Positions 57,703 through 64,000 of a stretch of DNA of 64,000 nt are shown one piece after another. A program made the position numbers and the translations under genes. The stretch covers positions 25,132 to 89,131 of IMG/VR virus record IMGVR_UViG_3300044825_002891. The stretch is one strand, 5' to 3'. The DNA is from a virus. How positions within the stretch are numbered: position 1 is the first letter of the stretch; the number at the start of each line of letters is the position of its first letter. The notes below the pieces were generated by a model, which made no database searches, had not been told where the DNA came from, and saw only the letters and a list, made by a program, of their open reading frames with translations.

Positions 57703-58124
57703 CAGATGCCAAACCCGAACTTGCTCAGGTGGGGCACGTACTCGCTGCCGTCCATGCGCACCTTGCCGTCGCGCACGTCGTACTCCAGCGTGCCATGCAC
57801 GTAGTATTCGCCTGCGAAGGTGTAGTACTTGTCGTACACGGGCTGTTCGATCAGGTCAGCCATCTTGTTGGCCTGTCGCCGTCCCGGGGACAAGGTTTTG
57901 CTCTCCCACTTGCCGGTCTTGGGGTTGTGCATCATGGCCTCGTACGTGCGCTTGCACCACGTGGGGTTCGTCTCCTCGCGGCCGTCTGCGTACGTGACCG
58001 TGATGCTGTCCACGCCGCCCTCGTCGTTGCCGCCGCTGTAGTCAATCATGCACTTGACCACACCCTGCACTTCCAGCGCCCTGAGGGCCCTCTGCTTGTC
58101 GAACTTGCTGTCGAACATGCTCAT
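57702..58124 (-). CDS. DUF6878-like protein
   Basis: YSGGNDEGGV motif; coupled to the DUF6915-like gene; SD AGGAG. Confidence 0.65.
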   Translation of the reverse strand: MSMFDSKFDKQRALRALEVQGVVKCMIDYSGGNDEGGVDSITVTYADGREETNPTWCKRTYEAMMHNPKTGKWESKTLSPGRRQANKMADLIEQPVYDKYYTFAGEYYVHGTLEYDVRDGKVRMDGSEYVPHLSKFGFGI

Positions 58125-58194
58125 CTGAATGTCTCCTGCCACGCATGTGGCCATTGCCCCGGGGCACCATTGCCCCGGGGCTGTGTCGCATGCC

Positions 58195-58785
58195 TCAGGC
58201 GTTGAGGAATGCGTCGATGTCGTTCTGCGTGGGGTCGTTGTGCTCGCTGTCCCACAGCAGGTACACGGCCTTGTGGACCTCCACCGTGTCGCGCACGTGC
58301 TTGGCCGTGTAGATCCCACCCTCCGGCTGGGTGCGCATCCACTTGACCCACTCGTTCAGGGTCTTGTGGCCCCAGTTGGCGCTGTAGCCGATGAACATGG
58401 ACAGCATCCACGCGGACAGGTGCGTGCCCTTGTTCGGCTTGTCCGGGGCCGTGTACACGCCCGTGTTCTCGTCGTACGTGCCCACGTCGTTCAGGCACGG
58501 CCTGCCCACGAACACCTCGAACGTGCGCATGCGCCCGTACATCTCGGCCACGTTGTCCTCCGTGACCTTGCCGATGCCCGTGAGCATGAGCACGCCCGCG
58601 AAGGGCGGCCCCATGAACGACTCCCCGTGCATGATGTTGTCCAGCAGTTGCACGATCGGGGGCTGCTGCTCCCACTCGGGCGTCTCCCACACGGTCGTGG
58701 TCACGTCGGGGGTGTCGATGCTGTCCCAGATGGGCTTGAGCATCTTGTACGCGGGCGTGTCGCCCCAGTTGCAGGTCAGAGGCAT
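58195..58785 (-). CDS. Hypothetical protein
   Basis: MPL..NW, GIG.VTEDN..E...R and FIG..AN motifs; SD AAGGAG. Confidence 0.7.
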   Translation of the reverse strand: MPLTCNWGDTPAYKMLKPIWDSIDTPDVTTTVWETPEWEQQPPIVQLLDNIMHGESFMGPPFAGVLMLTGIGKVTEDNVAEMYGRMRTFEVFVGRPCLNDVGTYDENTGVYTAPDKPNKGTHLSAWMLSMFIGYSANWGHKTLNEWVKWMRTQPEGGIYTAKHVRDTVEVHKAVYLLWDSEHNDPTQNDIDAFLNA

Positions 58786-58856
58786 TGCCTCTCTCCTTCC
58801 TGCCGCATGTGCGGCTGTGCCCCCGGCTCCTGTGCCGGGGACAGTTGTGGTGTGTG

Positions 58857-59153
58857 TCAGACGATCCGGGCGCCGCCGCCGCGCTTGTCGCGGTGGTAGC
58901 GCATGTTGATGCCCAGCACGCGCAGGGCCTTGTTCACGCCGTTCTGATCGGACACAGAGCCGCGCCCCGTGTTGACGCGGGTCAGCGTGGAGCCCGCCTC
59001 GCTCTCCAGCCACTCCAGCATGCAAGTGCTGTAGTGCCACAGTTGAAACACATCGTCCATGAGGGCGCTGCCCTCGCGGTTGACCACACGGGTGACGCGC
59101 CACGGGCCTGCCTCGCCCTCGCGTGCCTCCACAATGCTTTCGATGCTGCTCAC
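58857..59153 (-). CDS. Hypothetical protein
   Basis: HY.T.ML and GSVSDQNG.N motifs; SD AAGGAGG. Confidence 0.65.
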   Translation of the reverse strand: MSSIESIVEAREGEAGPWRVTRVVNREGSALMDDVFQLWHYSTCMLEWLESEAGSTLTRVNTGRGSVSDQNGVNKALRVLGINMRYHRDKRGGGARIV

Positions 59154-59434
59154 GACAGGACCTCCTTGTCCTCGCGGATGTACACCTGGGCGAGGCCCGT
59201 GTCCATGTGGATCTCGTTCTCCTCCGACGAGCACATGTACTGCTCGCGGATGTCCAACACGACCCAGCGCGCGTCGGCCAGTCGCTCCGCCTCGCGCTCC
59301 ATGTCCTCGTGCGTGAGGCCCTTGAGCCACACGCTGGGGCCCGTGGCGGGCCACAGAACCATGTCGAACAGGTCCACGCCCACGTGCTCGGGCTTGCGCG
59401 CGTCCCCGCTGTGGGGGCTGATCTTGGTGCTCAC
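59150..59434 (-). CDS. Hypothetical protein
   Basis: SD AAGGAG; GTG 59434. Confidence 0.6.
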   Translation of the reverse strand: MSTKISPHSGDARKPEHVGVDLFDMVLWPATGPSVWLKGLTHEDMEREAERLADARWVVLDIREQYMCSSEENEIHMDTGLAQVYIREDKEVLS

Positions 59435-59513
59435 TTGCTGTCTCCTTCCGTCGCACTCCTGTGTGCGACGTGCCCGGGGGCATCCAAGCCCCCGGGCGGT
59501 CGTGTGTGTTGGG

Positions 59514-59750
59514 CTAGAAGCCCATGTCCTCCATCGCGCATGCGATGGCGTCGATGTCATCACCCATGATCTCGTGCATGATCGCGGCCGTGCTGGCCGT
59601 GTCCTTCAGCGGGAAGCCCCGCTTGCGGTGCCTCTCGCAGCACGAGCACTTGACGATCGTGCTGTCCTTGACGGTCAGCCCGTATGCCTCGGGCTCGTGC
59701 AGGCAGTCGATCTCGTGCGGCTCTCCGCACGTGATGCAGTACAGGTCCAT
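59514..59750 (-). CDS. Small zinc-binding protein
   Basis: MD.YC..CGEP...LH, CSCC and GDD.D....MED motifs. Confidence 0.65.
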   Translation of the reverse strand: MDLYCITCGEPHEIDCLHEPEAYGLTVKDSTIVKCSCCERHRKRGFPLKDTASTAAIMHEIMGDDIDAIACAMEDMGF

Positions 59751-59767
59751 GTGTCTGTCCTCCTGTC

Positions 59768-59983
59768 CTAGAAGTTGCCGTCGCACATGTAGTGCATGCG
59801 CTCGTTGCGGCCGTACACGATGACCTTGGCCTTGCACGTGTGGGCGACCTTGCGGGCGCACACGATCGCGCTGTCGAGGTCAGCGAAGTCGCCCTCGGCC
59901 AGCGTGCGCGTGAACTTGTTCATGCGCCCGTTCACGTTCGTGATGTCCAGGTACAGGGGCTTGCTGTGGGTCTTGCGGGCCAT
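59768..59983 (-). CDS. Hypothetical protein
   Basis: SD GGGAGG. Confidence 0.55.
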   Translation of the reverse strand: MARKTHSKPLYLDITNVNGRMNKFTRTLAEGDFADLDSAIVCARKVAHTCKAKVIVYGRNERMHYMCDGNF

Positions 59984-60030
59984 GATGGCCTCCCTCCTGC
60001 CGCTTCTGTGCGGCTGTCGTGTGGGTGTGT

Positions 60031-60237
60031 TCACTTGCGCCGTGCGGGCTGCACGGTGCGCGGCCTCTGGCCGATGTCGGGGTCGCACACCTTCGCGGTG
60101 CGCTTGGTCTTGCATCGCATGGGCTGCGGTGCCGAACGGACAGGTGTGTCCTCGTACACAGTGACCGTGACGAACGCGCCGTCCCGGTACACGAGCCTGT
60201 GCCCCACAATCTGGGGCTGTCGCTTGCGTCGTCGCAT
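60031..60237 (-). CDS. Small basic hypothetical protein
   Basis: SD AAAGGA; MRRRKRQP; first ORF downstream of the ncRNA candidate. Confidence 0.5.
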   Translation of the reverse strand: MRRRKRQPQIVGHRLVYRDGAFVTVTVYEDTPVRSAPQPMRCKTKRTAKVCDPDIGQRPRTVQPARRK

Positions 60238-60282
60238 GTGAGTCCTTTCTGTAGGTGATTGCGACGTGATGTGTTGATGTGA

Positions 60283-60422
60283 AGGCATGTGCTGGAATCG
60301 AACCAGCGAGCAGCCGCGGGGGACTATCGCGATTGTGTGTGCACTCTTGGGTGCGTGCGCTCCATGCGCTTGTGCGTGTCCGTACCGTGGTGTGTCTGCG
60401 CCCCGCCTTGGGGTCACATGCC
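60283..60422 (-). ncRNA. tRNA-like module with expanded anticodon domain
   Basis: 7-bp acceptor GGCAUGU/ACAUGCC, D-like arm CCCC-AAGGC-GGGG, T-arm GCUGG-UUCGAUU-CCAGC; ~90-nt insert in place of the anticodon arm. Confidence 0.7.
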
Positions 60423-61019
60423 GTGTTGTCTTGCCGGTGTATGTGCTGACGTGTGCAGACATGCAGAAACCGCCGTGAGAGACAACAGCCTCACAGCGGG
60501 TGTGTATGCACTTCCCTTGTCCTTAGGCCCACACATGCACGACGGTCAGTCATCACATGTAGGGATCACGCAGGCAGGCACGGGCTAGCCGCGTCAGATG
60601 GCCTGCGATGTATGCCGATGTAGCCGCGCTCCGCCTGTGCACAAAGACACCACAGGCGACGGGCCTCGTCGCATACATGTTCCCGATACGCCGCGCACAC
60701 ACTTCACACGGCGCCCTCATTCTCCTGTCATGTGTGGGACAGGGTGCTGGGCTACCAGCGGCAGGTCTGCGGGCTGTGTGTGGGAGTCGCTGCGACGACT
60801 ACAACCACACACATGAGGCCCTTGTGGGACAACAGCCTGCTCCGCATGTCCGTGTGTGCGTCGCTGCCGGGGCAGCGGACTGACCGCAAGTGTGCGCTTG
60901 CGGCCTGTGGGGCGGGCCTTGAGCCTCGGTCCCCGTACACACGTGGAGTGCGGATGTTCGTGTGTCGCACGTCGCTGGGGAGCGGGGCTGACCCCGCCGC
61001 CGACAGCGACCACCGAACG
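60283..61019 (-). ncRNA. Candidate ~740-nt structured non-coding RNA
   Basis: Follows a promoter, lacks a convincing ORF, many nested 6-10 bp stems, ends in the tRNA-like module. Confidence 0.55.
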
Positions 61020-61025
61020 GCCCGC

Positions 61026-61054
61026 AGAGTATCACTCCCCCGGCAGGCCGTCAA
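61026..61054 (-). promoter_or_regulatory. Leftward sigma70-type promoter
   Basis: TTGACG-N17-TACTCT with TGn extension. Confidence 0.75.
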
Positions 61055-61567
61055 GTTTGGCTCAACCAAGCGGCATTCCCGGGGCTCCCCTCCCCCACGC
61101 GCACGCAGGCACACACAACGCAGTCACGCACACACGCTGCGTGTGTGTCATCTGATGAATCAGCATGTACGCGAGAGCGCGCATGTATGACACATGCACA
61201 CGTGTCCGCGCCCGCAGACAGGAATGCACGTGTGCCCGCACACGCGAGCTCGCGCGCACATGTGCGTGTCCAGGCACAGGCACACGTGTCCACACGCGCG
61301 ATCGCGCACGAATGAGCCTAATACAATCTGGTCGCGCCTACACGACGCATGTGCGTACGAATGAGCCTAATAACTTCTGGTCGCGGGTACACAGGGCGCC
61401 CGCACGTTCATGTACGCGCATGTATGTGCGCAGGGGGAGAGAGTGTGACACAGTGCATCATGTGTGCGCGTGCGTGCGTGCACACGAATGAGCCTATTGT
61501 CCTCTGGTCGCGCGCCCGAGCGCGCACGCACACGCGAGAGACAGAGAGACCGAGGGCCGATAGTACG

Positions 61568-61639
61568 ACGCGCACACGCACATACGCACACATGTACGCA
61601 CGTGCGCGCGTGTGCACACATGTGTACGTGTGTGTACGC
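61568..61639. repeat. Perfect 72-bp alternating purine-pyrimidine tract
   Basis: Checked base by base; shorter RY tracts occur throughout 61090-62200. Confidence 0.9.
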
Positions 61640-61684
61640 CCCGACGGTGAGACTTTGGCTCAACCATGCGGCTTCCGCGGAGTG

Positions 61685-61693
61685 TGCTACGCT
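61685..61693 (+). promoter_or_regulatory. Rightward extended -10 promoter
   Basis: TGcTACGCT followed by the same initial transcribed sequence as the leftward promoter. Confidence 0.6.
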
Positions 61694-61742
61694 GCGGGCC
61701 GTTCGGTGATCCCCACCGACGAAGTGCCAAGGAGGCACACAG

Positions 61743-61976
61743 ATGGACATCAGACTACACACACAGACGCACGCGGCTGCGACAGAGGTTCGTCATCGCC
61801 TGATCCGGCAGGGCCACTACCTCACGGGCGCAGGCGAACTGATCCTGCGGGACACGGCGGAGTTCTTCGCCACGCATGGCGCGCACGTCGCGGAGGGCAG
61901 GCGCATGACGTGGCAGTCCGACGACATCAATCGGCTGCACCTGTGCATGCTCGACAACATCATGTACGCAGCCTGA
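61743..61976 (+). CDS. Hypothetical protein
   Basis: SD AAGGAGG; GC3-biased. Confidence 0.65.
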   Translation: MDIRLHTQTHAAATEVRHRLIRQGHYLTGAGELILRDTAEFFATHGAHVAEGRRMTWQSDDINRLHLCMLDNIMYAA

Positions 61977-62253
61977 CACGCAAGCGCGACACACGCCCGC
62001 GCCATGAGTGAGCCTATTCATTCATGGTCGCGGGCGTTTGTGTGTCTGCGTATGTGTGGCAGGAATGAGCCTAATAGTTTCTGGTCGCAGGCGCAGATCA
62101 TGCACACACACGCACACACAGAAAGACCCCGACCGTGGGGGGGTGTGCGCGTGACGTATACATACGCGTCGCGTCGCGTTTCGTCTGCGACGTGTGCACG
62201 GCGGGCGGCGGGCCCCGACCGTGGGCCCCGGAAGCGGCGCCAGCGCTGGCGAC

Positions 62254-62282
62254 TTGCGGCCCGGGCCCCGGTCGTGTATCGT
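62254..62282 (+). promoter_or_regulatory. Sigma70-type promoter
   Basis: TTGCGG-N17-TATCGT upstream of the 62333 gene. Confidence 0.6.
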
Positions 62283-62332
62283 CCCTACCGTCAGCAATGA
62301 CGCTGACACAGAGTCATAGGAGACTCACTCAC

Positions 62333-63040
62333 ATGTTCAGCATCGATCAGATCGCACAGGCCGCTGCCAACGCCGCGTACGACGCGGTGATGGCGCTCGC
62401 GGAGGGCCACACGGCCCCGGCGGCCCCGGCCCTGCCCACGCAGGCCCCGGCCCCGCAGGCGGCCCCGGCGCAGGCCACGGGCACGGACGGCGCCGCGGAT
62501 GCGTTCGCGGCCTTCCGGCTCGCGTTCGGTGTCACGTCGTCCGTGTGGCGCGCGGTGGCCCCGAAGGGCTCCGACGTGCGGGCGCAGGTGCGGGCCGCCT
62601 ACGTGGGCGGCTTCGATCGGCAGGCCCACAAGGGCAACGGGGCGCAGGCGCTCGCGGCCTTCGGCGCCAACGTCCCCGCGATGCAGGCGCTCGCGGCGGC
62701 CGTCAACGCGGCGGCCGGTGTCCCCGCGGCGGCCCTGCAGGCGCAGGCGGCCGTGACGCAGCCGCAGGCCCCGCAGGCGGCCCTGTGGGGGATGCCCGCG
62801 GAGCAGGCCCCGGAGCAGGCCCCGCAGGCGACGAAGCCCCAGCCCACGGGCACGGTGGCCCTCAACGGCCTGAAGCGCTACGCCAAGTCGCAGGGCTGGC
62901 CGATCCCGAAGCGGGCCGCGGACGTGCCGGGCACCGTGTACGGGGCCGCGTTCGGGTACGTCGAGGCGCAGCGGGCGCAGGGCCTCCCCTGCGACGCGGA
63001 CGCGGTGGCCACGTACATGGCGAGCGTCCTGCAGAAGTAG
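62333..63040 (+). CDS. Ala/Pro/Gln-rich protein with possible Lsr2-like C-terminal domain
   Basis: SD AGGAG; near-exclusive GC3; LKRYAKSQGWPIPKRAADVP. Confidence 0.7.
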   Translation: MFSIDQIAQAAANAAYDAVMALAEGHTAPAAPALPTQAPAPQAAPAQATGTDGAADAFAAFRLAFGVTSSVWRAVAPKGSDVRAQVRAAYVGGFDRQAHKGNGAQALAAFGANVPAMQALAAAVNAAAGVPAAALQAQAAVTQPQAPQAALWGMPAEQAPEQAPQATKPQPTGTVALNGLKRYAKSQGWPIPKRAADVPGTVYGAAFGYVEAQRAQGLPCDADAVATYMASVLQK

Positions 63041-63117
63041 CCCGCCGCCTGTCGGTTACAGGGTCCCTGTGCACAGCGCACAGGGGCCCTGTCCGACAGG
63101 GGACCGGCTGACAGACA

Positions 63118-63149
63118 GGGCCCCGGGTCAGTTCCCCGGGGCCCTTTTT
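63118..63149 (+). terminator. Intrinsic terminator
   Basis: GGGCCCCGGG-tcagttc-CCCGGGGCCC followed by TTTTT. Confidence 0.85.
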
Positions 63150-63505
63150 GTTGGGTTCAGGGGGTCCTTGTTCCCCAAACTCTCATAGGTACAGCCAGGC
63201 CCCCGGGTGCCGCATGAATCCTTGTGTTGCTGCTACTGCTATCTAGTAACTAGGAGCTGTATTGGGAACCTCTTAGGGGGCCGATTTGGGGCGTTTTGGA
63301 GGCCGCGTGTGGGGTAGTACTGCCGAGATATATGCAGGTTCTTACGGGGCACGCTAGGGGCCTTAAAACGGGCCCTGAATCAGTACCCCACGTCATTGAT
63401 ATCGGTACAGTGGCCTAGCTGTACCCCAGGGGGGTCTCAGAAATATGATATACAGCGACGTATAACGTGTATGTACAACGTCATACAATGTTCATGCACT
63501 GGATA

Positions 63506-63538
63506 TCGAGCACTTGTTCGAAAGATCGTGTGTATGAT
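63506..63538 (+). promoter_or_regulatory. Putative LexA (SOS) box upstream of a TATGAT -10 element
   Basis: TCGAGC-ACTT-GTTCGA (one mismatch to TCGAAC-N4-GTTCGA) at 63506-63521; TATGAT at 63533-63538. Confidence 0.5.
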
Positions 63539-63566
63539 CTTGCTCAGCATCATCTAGTTCATACAG

Positions 63567-63638
63567 TGGGCGGTAGCTCAACGGCAGAGCAATCGGCTGT
63601 TAACCGATTGGTTGGAGGTTCGAATCCTCCCCGCCCAG
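63567..63638 (+). tRNA. tRNA-Asn(GTT)
   Basis: TGGGCGG/CCGCCCA acceptor, ATCGG-CT GTT AA-CCGAT anticodon arm, GGTTCGAAT T-loop. Confidence 0.95.
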
Positions 63639-63762
63639 CTCTGTGCTAGGGTCCCGGGCATGAGTCAGGATGACTATGGCCATGGTCTCCTTGAGGGGGC
63701 CCAGCGACAGTACATTTTTGCCATGCTTCACGTTGGCATGATGTATCAGTGCGAGGTGAACA

Positions 63763-63960
63763 TTGTTTGACGATGACCTGAAATGGCGCGTTGTCGAGGT
63801 GCCCCAGCGGGTAGCTGATGACCAGATTCCCTACTCGGACTACTTCATCACGGAGTACGATACGGCCGTGGCTCAGATCATCGGGGACCGCGAGACCGCG
63901 TATCAGATCGTCAAGCGATTGAATCAATGGGAGGAGCAGGAACGTGAGCGCACAGACTAA
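63763..63960 (+). CDS. Hypothetical protein
   Basis: SD GAGGTG; A..IV..LN motif. Confidence 0.55.
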   Translation: MFDDDLKWRVVEVPQRVADDQIPYSDYFITEYDTAVAQIIGDRETAYQIVKRLNQWEEQERERTD

Positions 63961-64000
63961 GAGCTTGGATAGCGTCTACCCGGAGACGTGCCCTCATTGC
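63944..64000 (+). CDS. Partial CDS (5' end) with CxxC
   Basis: SD GGAGG; GTG...CPHC, runs off the window. Confidence 0.4.
   Translation, partial: MSAQTKSLDSVYPETCPHC

Larger units (their letters stand above)
61310..62088 (+). repeat. Five copies of 26-bp motif GARTGAGCCTA-N8-TGGTCGC
   Basis: Copies start at 61310, 61359, 61486, 62006 and 62063, all in the same orientation. Confidence 0.9.

Noticed and set aside
60283-60422. tmRNA or a standard tRNA
   Set aside because: No G3-U70 alanine determinant, too short for tmRNA, and no 7-nt anticodon loop on a 5-bp stem
60553-60720. 55-aa minus-strand ORF (MRAPCEVC...) inside the ncRNA candidate
   Set aside because: AGGAG is only 1 nt from the ATG, codons lack the GC3 bias of neighbouring genes and the start lies in a stem; not fully excluded
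60289-61762. Track ORFs rich in Cys/Val/His/Thr/Arg across the control region
   Set aside because: Products of RY-alternating DNA that lacks stop codons; no SD and implausible composition
61310-62088. CRISPR array reading of the 26-bp repeats
   Set aside because: Repeat interior is variable, spacing is irregular (23 to ~490 bp) and the gaps are low-complexity RY DNA or a gene
63756-63770. Second SOS box (GAAC-ATT-GTTTG)
   Set aside because: Spacer is 3 nt rather than 4 and the arms mismatch

Overview
About 64 kb of a GC-rich tailed (siphovirus-like) phage genome, probably infecting an actinobacterium (possibly Thermoleophilia; inference). Modules in order: head and tail genes (0.9-22.6 kb, +); an SF2 helicase (-) divergent from a bacterial-type replication/recombination operon (DnaB, primase, SSB-like, tRNA-Leu, DnaE, RecA, Hjc-like, Cas4-like, RuvC; 24.4-35.4 kb); terminase, portal-MuF fusion, a GT2-TPR-GT4 glycosyltransferase and lysis genes (35.4-45.7 kb); about 35 mostly small leftward early-type genes (45.7-60.2 kb), including tRNA-Arg, a secreted Rpf-like lytic transglycosylase, a small serine recombinase and a degenerate NarL-type regulator; and a largely non-coding control region (60.2-63.6 kb). 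The control region is the most unusual part. A leftward sigma70-type promoter drives a ~740-nt, densely base-paired, apparently non-coding RNA that ends in a tRNA-shaped module whose anticodon arm is replaced by a multibranch insert. Behind it lie a mirror-image rightward promoter, a perfect 72-bp purine/pyrimidine alternating tract, five copies of a bipartite 26-bp motif, and a promoter-associated TTTGGCTCWA motif also found at three other promoter regions. All family assignments come from reading motifs by eye; no searches were run.
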